The position numbers and the translations under genes were made by a program. A stretch of DNA of 64,000 nucleotides from Podarcis bocagei (Eukaryota): NCBI GenBank assembly GCA_964188305.1, contig OZ076885.1. One strand, 5' to 3'. Below the pieces are notes generated by a model. It was not told the DNA's origin, searched no databases, and saw only the letters and a program-made list of their open reading frames with translations. Positions within the stretch are counted from its first letter, which is position 1; every line of letters starts with the position of its first letter. This document shows positions 23,601 to 36,200 of this stretch, piece after piece.

Positions 23601-24177
23601 ACAATTAGCCCTATAGCATCTAAAGCAGTGATAGGGAATTTCTGATTCTCCAGATGTTGTCCCAGCAAACCCAGCCAGCTGGAGAGCCAAAGGACACTCA
23701 ACCCTGCTCTGATTAAACACTTGTGGCGCCACATGTTAGAGGCATTAAGGCAAGCAATGCAGTTTTAAATAGTCAAGGAAACATCAGGATTATCCAATAC
23801 CTTCAAATTTTATAAGACTGAACAAAATAGAGTAGACTTCAAAACCTGGTTATCCCAGAACCAACATTTAAAGTCACACCATGGCTGAATATGCACTGAT
23901 AATATTGCTGTAGTAATGTAACTTGTACATAATAGTTCATTGCACTTTTTATTCTATTTAAATTTAGCTCTTCTTTGTCTACTAATGCAGACATTTGGGG
24001 CTAGGTTTCCTGCCAAAAGGTGTTCTTCTAGTGCTAGAAAGTTCTGAGTGTTTCACTGAGCAGGCAGAATCCATATGTGAAACTGCAGAGACCATGAAGA
24101 ATTAAAATAGCTTTAATATTCTTATTATCCAGAATTTCAAGTGTAACATTTTTATCTCAGGACCAGGAGAAACACAG

Positions 24178-24213
<36 letters not shown>

Positions 24214-27200
24214 ACTGTTACAATCTTAGGTAACAATTCTTTTAAAAAAAACTATTTCATTTGATAACTATCAACATTTATCACAGATAGCCTTGCAACT
24301 ACAAATGTTAAATGCTTGTGGCTTTTAATGGTATATTGAAATTCCACATAAAATGCTGCATCCTGGCTTTAAGGTAGATGAACAAAATGTTACAAAGTCT
24401 ACTTCAGATAGTCAACTGACAGATGCACCATCTCTTCAAAGGCTGAAGACAACTGTGGACAAAGCTGTAAAAATTACAATTAGTTTATATTCTAGAGTTA
24501 GAGTGAACCAATGTTTTATAGAGTTCTACCATTCTGAAAACATCTGTTCTCCCTAATGGATGGGTTCATTCCAATTTGTTAATGGAAACTATCTTAGGAC
24601 AGACATCATGCTGTAATTAGTCTTCCAATACCAGCAATACAAAGACTCCTGGAATATAAATATAAAACTCAATTACACTATTTTACATATGGGGAGGTTT
24701 AGTGACTGTAGGAGGAAATTCTAAAGCAGCACTAGAGCGTTTAATAACAGATATAGGCTTGGATCCCCTTCCTGCTCACTTCAACCCCCTGCTCAATCTA
24801 AAAAACTACTTCTAAGTCTCAGATTCTATAGAACAGTGTCAGAAGTAGCACTGAGAGCTACAGAGGAAGTGGGATACTGGCAGAAATAAGAGGAGGGAAC
24901 TTGTATAAACACCTTTGTAACTGAGCCATTTTCTTCTAACTTGTCAGTCTACTTTTAGTTGTGTCCTAGCTTATGAAATGTGATTTAGTTTACATACTGA
25001 ATTTTCGAAATTAACTGTGGGCAATAGCTAGCACTGACAAGGGGACTACCAGCTCAATCATGCTAAAAGACCACAATTCTCTTTAGATTTACAGCTGCAT
25101 TCAAGCTACGAGGGAATGAAAACAGATTGCAATGTTACCTAAACATTCAGAACACCTTACCTCAACAGTTTCAACTGTCCACTCATCTACCTGTTCCTTC
25201 TCACTACTGCTGAACTGAGTCTCTGCCATGAACTGTCTGTTTACATACTAAAATAAAAGTGAGAGAGTACAACAGTAAGACAGTAGCATTCATTTTTAAA
25301 AGGTGCCTACAATCTTTCCACTGTTTAGTACCTCTGTTGATTCAACTTCACTGGGTTCAGTGTATTCTTCCGTTGGTTCTGGCTCTAAGAGGAAAATACA
25401 TGATTTTAGGTAATGCTATACTGAAACATAATACATAACTTTTAGTTTACCGTTACCTTATAGTTTTAATTTACTATTAACAATTTTAGTAGAGATACAT
25501 TCATTCAAGAAACCACTTTTTGAAGTGTTCTGAGCTTATATTTGGTGCTTTTGTTTTTGCTATTTATTTTGGGGTTTTTTTATTTTGAGACTTTTCCAGT
25601 TAATTTGTTTTTGTGACTGTGTGGATCCCAGTTCAGCTACTGATTGATTGATTGATTGATTGATTGTGTGACTGCAGAAATGGATAAAAGCCCCCCCATC
25701 CAAACAATGACTATCATCAGTGCAGGTAAGAAAAAAAATAATTTTAATTTTTGTCATCTACAATACTGTTTTATTTATTTTATAGTACAGTATGTTCTTT
25801 ATTGCTTTCATTTGATGGATCAATGGTCTCGTAAGATAGTAAAATTCATGTTAAACTGCTGTTTTAGGGGTTGTTTTTGGAAGTCTGGAACGGATTAATC
25901 CATTTTGCATTACTTGCTATGGGAAAGTGTGCCTTGGTTCTGGAACTCTTTGGTTTTGGAACAGACCTCCAGAAGTTTGAGAACTAAGGTACCACTGTAG
26001 TTAAATTTTAAGTATTTAAGAATTTAGTATGCATACAAGATGAAGGTTGGTCATAATAAGCACCCTGTAAAGGAAACATACCCACACTAGAATCTTTATC
26101 TAGTTTAGAGAACTACAGCTTGTTTGGGGAAAGCCACAGAAAGTTTTTTAAAATCAGTTTAAGTTTGTAGGATAGATATAACCAGTTACACGAGATTCTA
26201 GTTTTGTTTTCCATAGCCGGCTCCAATAAAATACTAAAGGTTTCAGTAAGCCTATAAATCTACTGAAGTTGCAATTCTATTCACATTAACTTGGAAATAA
26301 AACACATTAACAAACCTAGGATTAGGCTCCTAATATATATTTTTAGTTACCAGTTTCTGCAACAGCATCTTCAACTGTAGGTGCAGGCACCGTCTCCTCT
26401 TCGTCACATAATCCGTTCTGCTGGTTGTGAGTGTCAAAGTAACTTGTTTGAAGAATACGTTCAATAACTTCTCTTAGGGCTTTATCTGTTATAAAAACAC
26501 AGATATTTTTAAAACTTGTTTCACCCACTAAATACCTGAGCATTTTAATTTTATCAAATTATTTTATTATTATAACACTAACAAAGGGCATTGCAGATTA
26601 ATACCTTGCACTACCCACAGCACAATGATCTATTTTGCAGATTTCTGCAGTTTATTTTTAAATAAGGACTTACTTAAGATGAAAGTCATTGTATGTAAAT
26701 CCAAATTCTTCAAGAATAAATCTGTGTATCAATGGATGATGCACACACAATTCAACAAATTAGAATTTTGGCTCTTCGGTGTTTCTGGAAGTTAAAAACT
26801 ATCCAAAGCCTACATGCAGGAATAAGAACTCCTGACTTGTTAACTTTCACTAACATGAGAATGGAAGAAAGGCACATGATAGAATAAAAACGAGAATTAC
26901 TTGTCTAAAGGTAATATCCAATGTTAATCATACCCACTGAAATCAGTGGCTCCAAGTAACGTAAGTACATTGCTTTCAATGGGTCTACTCCAAATATGAC
27001 TTGGTCAGGTATTATCCTAAGTGGCCATGCCACATATTAAAATGGGCAAGGACAAAAATAAATCATCTAAAGAGAGAAAAGGAAACAGAACCTCTACACA
27101 AGCAAGAATGAGACCATTTTTCTGTAGTGTTATATGGTGCAATTTGTCTGTCACTGAAGCCACAGGTGTATGAAGTATAAGAAAAAAACTGATAGGCCAG

Positions 27201-30200
27201 GCTCAAGCTTAAATAGAGGAACTGAGTAGCCAGGACTAAACTAAGGTCTCAGGTAGATAGAGGATCCCAGTAAATGTCGGTAATGAACAACATTTTGAGA
27301 AGGGTATGAACTTGTAGCACCATGCAAGATGACAGGTAACTGATAGGTATTTGTATACTATTTTGACAGATAAAGCAAAACAGGATCAGCAGAGAAGAAA
27401 CAGTATTTTTTGCAAAGAAAGGATATGGACAATGGACATAAACCTATAGGAATCTCTCAATAGAAAGGACTTTGATATGGAAGTGATCACCAACATGCCT
27501 AGCATTGATATAATCGTATCTTGAGTGTGCTTTTGCAGGTGTGATAGGAAGTCACAGGAAAAAAATTTATCAGTTGCATCTGAACAATCTTGACAATTCT
27601 GCCAAAAAATGCCATGGCATAGTAAGCAGTCTAGGGATCGAACAATCCCCTAGACATGATGTGCATTTCCAAGGAACAGAAAAAGCTGTTGAGTTCATAT
27701 TTCTAAGGTCCAGCCTTCCCCAAGGATTCAGTAGAAGCATGTATGAGTGATGCATCCCTACAAAACTCTTAAGACATCTTATGAGTAAAATGTAGACAGA
27801 GACAGCAATGCAGAAGTGTTTAGAAAGTTGTGTTCAAACCAACAACTGTTCACTTAATACCAAGTTGAATTTTCCCAGTTAAAGTGACAGACAGCAGATT
27901 TAAGACACAAAAAGAAATACATTGTGACACAAAGCACTTCCCCCACTGAGACAACAAAAGGAGAGAGCTCCATCAATGACAGGAAGCCATAGCATTCAGG
28001 AGAGCAGCTTCCATACACAGAGACAGTACCTCCAATTAACACTAAGTAGTGGTGTTCAGCAACCAAATGTACTGTGTATTTATGTCCTGTCTGAGAGCTA
28101 TGCAGATCACTCATGAGACCTAGCATAGCAAAATTAGCAGGTCATCCTATAGGTGGCTTAATCTAAACACAAACATTCTGGACTCAATTTTACATATGCA
28201 CTGCAAATGAATATTATGGGAGATAAACTATGATCTCAACCACTAAACCAGTAACTGAAACATGAAAACTATTTAAACCTAGATTATTAAAATGACAAAC
28301 AGTTTCAACACACAAGTTGTACCCTTTAAACAAAAATAGCTTAGATAAACTTTTAATGACAAAATTCCTCAGCAAATATGACTAAATATAGTGATTTAAA
28401 TACACTACTCTTGATTTGGTTCTTGAAGTATGTAATCACTTCTACATATATCTTCTACCATAGCTTCTTTCAGCCACTGTAACAGTTAATTATTTTTGAA
28501 ATAATGTTCTCCACTCCTTTAACTGTGAACAATTCTTCAGAAGGCTCTGGATTTATATAATATACCAACTATGACTGTATACAGCAATTCCATACCTTTT
28601 ATGTATGACCACATTGTACTTAGGCATCTGTACGCTGTACATGGGAGATTCCATCAAACCACCTGAATCTAGTTTCTTTAGTGTATTTGCTGCAAAATTT
28701 TACTCCAGCTATCAGTTACGACTTGATAGGCCTGTGAAATTATCTGTTTTACTACGTCAAATGAAACTTTGAAAGGCTTTTTTGCTAACCCAATTTCTGG
28801 AAAGCAAGTGTTGCTAAGCGGTCACAAAATACTGATGAACAAACGGAAACCAGCAATGGTTTTCATTAAGTGCTGAGTAAGGTTACATGATAATAGAATA
28901 CAATCTGCTGTAAATTAACATATTGTCAGCTATTCAGCTACTATATAACCACTGACACTGGAAATAGCATGTAACAGAATCACTGTGAATACTCTAAAAG
29001 CTTGGTATTTGAAGTGCTACTTTAGCTCTAATGTTAAGAAAGATAAACATACTTACAGGTTGTTCCACATACAGGTTTTTCCTTCCCTTCCAGTAAGTCC
29101 CACAGATGAATCGATGCCTGTTCATACTGTTCACTCAACCTTCAACAAAAATATTAATGGAAGCATAAGATACCTCAAACCACCTATGTTGCAAAGGAGA
29201 TTAATTGGATTGTTTCATTAACCATATCAGAATCATTCTGGCAATCACAATACCTCACATTCATGTCCCGTTCAGGTTCAACTAGCTTGTAAAATTCATC
29301 TAGTGTTGACAGTTCCGTCTCTGTTAATACCGGCACTCCATTTGTTCCTTGCTTTAGGTCATTTCGCACTTCATCATCACCCAATTTGTCCAAAATAAAC
29401 TGCAATTCAAGTACTGTTTTTAAACGTTTTTGCTCAGCTTCTTCTCTCATTAGCTGTTCCCGTCGAGCTGTCTTCTTTATTGTTTTTTGAATCTAGTAAT
29501 AAAGTACACTAGGTTAACAATTAATTGTGACCAGTTTAAACTGTTACCCTCTCTTCACTTATGAATGAACAAAAAGTAAAATATTCCCAATTTTATCAGC
29601 ATTTCAAATATTCTCAATGTTTCCCAGAAGGTTTTATGGAATGTGGACAAACAGGTATGCCAGCTGTCTTTCTCTACTTCCATTCTTCCCAGTCCATTGC
29701 CTAAGTCCTCCACTCCCCATCATCTGTGGTTTACCACCTTTCTAGAACTGTATCTCTGCCTCACATACTGCATTGCAGCATCATGCACTATCATCTAAAA
29801 TAATACTGAAGCATAATGGAACCAGACTGCTGGAACTTATCAAAAAGGTCTAAAGAGATTCTAGAAAACCTGTTTTAATATCTGCATAATGTATGTGAAG
29901 ACTACATAGGATCACAGACATTTTTAATCTTTCAACATTTGCGATCTCAACAATAGGGGAAAAAATCAACTTTTGACTCATGTTGTCCTCCTCTATTCCT
30001 TCTTTTCAGCAGAGCTATGTCAATTTAAAACAACAACAACAACACCGGATAAAAGGAAAGGATTTGTCATCATTTAAAAGTGGGAGTGCTTCTTTATTAG
30101 ACTTCTTTTGTGCTCTTTCAAATGTAAGAAAAATCAGCCCAACACTGCTACAGTTGTACCTCGCAAGACGAATGCCTCGCAAGACGAAAGAGTTTTCCGT

Positions 30201-33200
30201 TTTTTGAGTCGTTCCGCAAGACGAATTTCCCTATGGGCTTGCTTCGCAAGACGAAACGTCTTGCGAGTTATTGCGAGTTTGTTTCCTTTTTCTTAAAGCC
30301 GCTAATAGCTGCTAAGCTGTTAATAGCCGCTAAGCCGCTAATGGCCGTGCTTCGCAAGACGAAAAAACCGCAAGACGAAGAGACTCGCGGATTAATTTCG
30401 TCTTGCGAGGCACCACTGTACTAGATACATGAAAGATGGGGGGGGGGGGTTATCCACATCAACCATATTTTAGGAACGTCATTCACAGGTACCACATTCA
30501 TTTTGACCAACAGCACAATCCTAACTAACCATGCCTACTGAAATCAATAGGCCTACTCCCAAGTAAGTGGAATCAGGAGTGCAGTCTAAAACATTAAACA
30601 TGAACAGAGAAAAAAAATCTTACTGTCCAGTTCACAAATCACAGTCAAACCATGGCTTGGGAACATGGTGAGTGCTCATTTTATTTCAACTTGCTGTGGC
30701 TGGATGGTTTCGTGGGAGCCGATTGAAACTAAATCCTTCGAAGACAGAGGTCCTATGGCTAGGTCGGGATAGCATGGGGATGAGGGACCAACTCCCTTCT
30801 CTTGCGGGGGCCCAATTAGTGCCATTGCCTTCCGTTAAGAGTTTGGGTGTAATCCTTGACGCCTCCCTTTCCATGGAGGCGCAAGTCACAGCAACAGCCA
30901 AGGCGACATTTTTCCACCTTCGCCGCACCAAGCAGTTGGTCCCTTACCTTTCCCGCCCCGACCTGGCCACAGTGATCCATGCAACAGTCATCTCCAGGCT
31001 TGACTACTGTAACTCGCTCTACGCGGGGCTGCCCTTGAAGCTGTCCCAGAAACTCCAGCGGGTACAGAATGCTGCAGCGAGGCTCCTCACAGGGTCTCTG
31101 CCATGGGAGCATATTCATCCAGTGCTTTTCAAGCTGCACTGGCTCCCGGTGGAGTACAGGGTCAGATTTAAGGTGCTGCTTTTGACCTTTAAAGCCCTTC
31201 ACGGCCTAGGACCCTCGTACCTACGGGACCGCCTCGCCTGGTATACCCCACGGAGAGCCTCAAGGTCCATAAATAACAACACCCTAGTGGTCCCAGGCCC
31301 TAAGGAAGTTAGATTGGCTTCAACCAGAGCCAGGGCCTTTTCAGCACTGGCCCCAACTTGGTGGAACGCTCTGTCTCATGAGACCAGGGCCCTGCAGGAT
31401 CTGATCTCTTTCCGCAGGGCCTGTAAGACAGAGTTGTTCCGCCTGGCCTTTGGATTGGAGCCAATTTGATTCCCTCTGCCCCCTTTTTCTTTTTTCTTTT
31501 CCTTCTCCTGCAATGAGGCTCCATTTTAATATTTTAATGTTCCATTATTTTAATGTTGTATTTTATTTTTGTTTTTAAGTTGTAATCACTCATCTTGTTT
31601 TTATTATTGCTTGTAAGCCGCTCTGAGCCCGGCCTTGGCTGGGGAGGGCGGGGTATAAATAAAAAATTATTATTATTATTATTATTATTTTCCACTTCCT
31701 GATTCACAGTAGTCAGTTTGCCATGACACACAAAGCAGTTTGTTGCCTCTATGCAGCCAGTGCCCTAAGTGTCGTCTGAACTGAACCATCAACTTTTTAC
31801 TTACATCCTGGCTCAGAGCCATGAAACTCCTCTGCAGTTCCTTAGCAAATTCCAGGTTATTACTGACTTCTTGGTGCTTGGACACAGCATCCTGGGGGAG
31901 GGAGGAAAATTAATGTTGCCTCTTTTGAAGTTTGAAAACTTGGAAGACTTTCCCAACTTTAATCCTCAAAAAAGAAATCTACTGTACGCTAGTCTTTACT
32001 TTAGTGTACAGACTTTCCTCCTAGTCATTTGCATAGAATAGTTCCATATTTTCCCTAATGGCAGAGTGTGTAGATATGGTTACAATGCACCTCTGCTGAA
32101 TATAATAATATAAAGTACTGTTATTAAGGTCTCTCATTATCCATGATAATGCAACAATTAGAATAAAAGAACAAGGGTTAAAATAAGCCAATCTCTTATG
32201 AAAAATCTTTCAATATGTCAGTCAAAACATTTACCAACTGGTCTTGGTTAAGGCGTTCTCCTTTGTTCATTCGATCCTGATAATCATCAAGTTTGCCCTG
32301 TAAAGAAAGAAAAAAGTTTCACAATATATATACCTCAAACAAATTTAAATGGAACTGACTATGCTATATACTTTATAGAACACAGAAGCCCAGTTTGCCA
32401 TGTTCCATTGTTAACAGGAGAAATCAAGTGAAATTATTCAGAGACAAAATATCACAAGAGTTTTCTGAGAGTAGGTATTTATTTATGAACCACTAGAATA
32501 CATCTGGTAAACAAACAGTACTAGGATGACATTTGTATTATTTCTTAAAATATAATATGCATTTTCCCAATTTAAAAAGAAAAACAGCTACACTGTAACC
32601 TTAAAGGGAGTAGACATGTACTGTAAGATCAAAGTTTAAATGTTTATCTGACCATGCAACATTGTATCGAACTGCTGAAATAAATGAGTTATTTATTAGC
32701 TGCTTTTCAGGGCCAGGATGTTATAAAGCAACATACAAAGAAAAGAAAGGCAACATAACAGGCAGTGTGAAGCACAAACAGATACATACTGAATTAAGCA
32801 CCCAAGTTCTCTTATAGAAACGCAACAGAAAAGGAGATGGTGCTATTCCAACATTAGTCCCGTTAAAATCAATGGTGCTACTTAAGTAGCACTGAGTATG
32901 ACTTAGCTGGATATTACCCTTAAGTTTTGAAGGAGTTACCAAATGCCAGAAATTAAAGAGACAAACAAATATTAACTGGAAGAGAATTCCACAACTGTGA
33001 GGCCACCACCAAGGATGCTCTGTATCATGGGTTCACCACCCTACAAGGATACTTAAAAGCTGATAAAATTTTGAAGTTATAGAATTCCTACACAGATTTA
33101 CCCAGGAGTAAGCCCCGTTCAATTCAATGGTGTTAGCTTCTGGGTAGCCATGTGTAGGCTTGAGCTTGCAGGCTTTATACAATAGTTTAAGGAACACATT

Positions 33201-36200
33201 ACATTTGTTTCTTTTAACTTGTTCCACAACTTTGAGGGTTTTTCTTCCGCTTTCCATTCCATTTTTTAGTAATTCTTTGCAATATCCAACTTGTCATACG
33301 CAGAGTAGACGCATTGAAATAAAGGTTACTAAAGCTGCTTACGTCCACGGATTTCAACGAGTCTTTGTCTGATATCACCCATCCTTCCCACACAAACACA
33401 TAGATTCCATATGCAACATTCACCACACAGAGAACCTCAAGCATTGTACCTGCCCAGGGGAATATTATCACACAAAGCAGTTTTATGTAGGCTCCTTATA
33501 GGACCATTTATATTAAAATTAATCATTTTGCTTTGAGTAAGAAATATTGTCATCTAGTTCTTTTCTGTAAGGTAGTATACTGTAGAATCATGAGTTGCAG
33601 GAAGTATCAAAGGTCATCCTGTCCAACCGCGACAAAGCAAAAATCTATTACCATAACATTCCCGATAGGCAGCTAGCCAGCCTCTGCTTTTATCTTAAAG
33701 GAGAGTCCATCACCTCCTGAGACTATAGTAATGTAAAATGCTCTTTCTATCCTTTAGTCATATTTTATTTCTAATTTGATTCTATTTCTAATTTGATTCT
33801 AGTGGTATAGGTTCTACTTCCTTGGAGTGACAGAGAAACAAATCTGCTGCATCCTTTATGTGAATGTCCTTCAAATATTTGATTTTTGTATCACCTCTTA
33901 AACAGTCACTTGTTCACCCAATTTCTTCAACCATTCCTTCTATGACTTGGTGTCAAACTCCTCAACTTATTCATCCCCCTTCTCTGGACATATTCCAGTT
34001 TGTCAATATCCTTCTTAAACTGCACTGCCCAATATCAGACTTGGTATTCCAGATGAGATCTGATAAAGGCAAAATAGGGATACCACCACTTTTCATGATC
34101 TGGACGTTGTAAAATTGTTTTAGCCTTTCAAACAGCAGTTTTGTGCTGGTGACTCATTTTTAGCTAGATCCTAATCCTAATCCATGTACCATCATGGTGC
34201 TCGCCAGATGTTGAATTGTCCAACACCAATCATCTCTGACCACAGGACATGCTGGTTGGAGCTGATAGGAACTATAGTCCCAACAACACTTGGGGGCATT
34301 ACATTGGCTATCCCTACCCTAGAATCTTTTTATACATACTATTGTTAAACTAGGTTCTATCTACCAAAATACATGAATTTTTTCACTGTTCCTAAGGGTC
34401 AGCTCTAGAGTAGCTCTTCTTTTTGCCTGTTCTTCCATCTTCTGGAAGATCAAGTTATCAACCAAGTTTCATTCTTTTAATAATCTGCCAGTTAATATTT
34501 ATCCTCATTCCAAAATGTTTTCAACTATTAACCTCCTTTCTGGAAATATCCAAATGGGCCTTACTAGTCCTGAATGACTCCTTCTAGTTTTGGTAAAACG
34601 GTGCTGTATCCTTTCACTAATGAAAATCCAGATAGATTTATTTTTAATGCTGAGCTTTTTTTTTAGTTTTGCACAAAGTTGTGGCTGCAGTATTTCAGAT
34701 GTGTCCTGACATTTGGCAACCCTAACTAATGAGAAGCCTCTTCCACTCATAGATCCCAGTCTTCAGATTCGGTAGAATAGCACTTCATTAGAAAAGTGCC
34801 GTATTTTTTGCTCTATAAGACGCACCAGACCACAAGACGCACCTAGTTTTTGGAGGAGGAAAACAAGAAAATATTCCGAATCTCAGAAGCCAGAACAGCA
34901 AGAGGGATCGCTGTGCAGCGATCCCTCTTGCTGTTCTGGCTTCTGGGATAGCCGCGCAGCCTGCATTCGCTCCATAAGACGCACACACATTTCCCCTTAC
35001 TTTTTAGGAGGGAAAATGTGAGTCTTATAGAGCAAAAAATACGGTAACTCAAAATCCAGAGGAATGAATCTGTTTGTGCAGACTTTTGTATAATAATTTG
35101 CAAAAGCTCATTCTCAGTATCTTTATGGTCTGCTGGTTTACACACAACTATTTGTGTGTCCTTATTCACTGCTTCTTGTGCCATATGCCAACTGTGATAC
35201 ATTGTGGCACTGAACTGTACTTCTACCTCTTGCATAGGAAATCACGAAACACTGAATTTCCCTCTTATTAATGGACTTGCTCTCTGCATTGCTGCAAATT
35301 ATTGTAGTAAAAACAGTGTATCAGGCAATAAATTTCAATTGGCCATGAGAACTAATCAGCAAGATTACAAATTCAAATAATCTAAAAATGAGTGTTCCAT
35401 GTGCCTTCATTTCAGTGCTTTTTGTAGACTAATTGTTCTCAAGATGCCAGGTCTGCTGCAACCAGCTCCCCTTCCCCATGTCTCCTAGAACTTGCAGAGA
35501 AATGAAACTGGAAGAGCAGAGGGTGGTTGTGCGCAGACGCAGCCTGATACTTCATGGGAAAGACCCTGGAGAGGAGGCATCTTAGTAGACACTAGGAAAG
35601 TAGGGGCCTTTAGTCCTCGCAACTACTTCATCAGGGCAAGACCTCCTAGAAAGAGTTGCTGAGACCACTAGGCCTGAGCTGTGGTTTGTTTCCTTGAATA
35701 AATATTAAACTGCACTGGCCTCAGGTGATTTATCATTTTTGTCGCTGACTCCAGCCTTGACAGCTGATTACACCCAATTCTCTCCTTTCCATTTGATTCC
35801 AGTGTTTAATGTCTGTAACAGGTGGATTAGGATCAACAAACTGAACCATAATCCAAACAAGACAGAGGTGCTTCTGTTCAATAGATAAACCAATCTATGA
35901 TAGGAATTCATCCTATTTGCATGGGGTTGCATTCCCATTGAAGTTTCAGGAATCTAGTCTAGGGTACTTCTTGTTCCAACTTGCTGAGATGTCAAGTGTT
36001 GGCAGGCGTGCCTTAACCATCTTAGCTGGTGTGCCCATTCCTAGAGGTGTCCAATGACACACACCTTAAATTATATCCAGATTTACTATTGCAATGCATT
36101 CTACATAGGCATGCTTCTGAAAAGTGTCCAGCAGCCTCAGTTGGTGCAGCCTGCAGCAGCCAGATTTTTAAGCACAGCTGGTTCATCCCACAGCTGGGAT

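Noticed and set aside
27390-27960. Possible CR1 endonuclease remnant
   Set aside because: Too degraded to support motifs or boundaries
30151-30418. CRISPR-like array of CGCAAGACGAA repeats
   Set aside because: Eukaryotic context, irregular spacing, both orientations, and enclosed by TIRs with a TA TSD: a MITE
30672-31469. 265-aa ORF as a host gene
   Set aside because: It is the 5'-truncated L2 ORF2, with no true ATG start or RT catalytic core
33766-33799. 17-bp tandem duplication
   Set aside because: Ordinary slippage event inside an old CR1 fragment
35430-35762. Possible solo LTR (AATAAA, ends in TGACA)
   Set aside because: No matching 5' terminus or TSD could be defined
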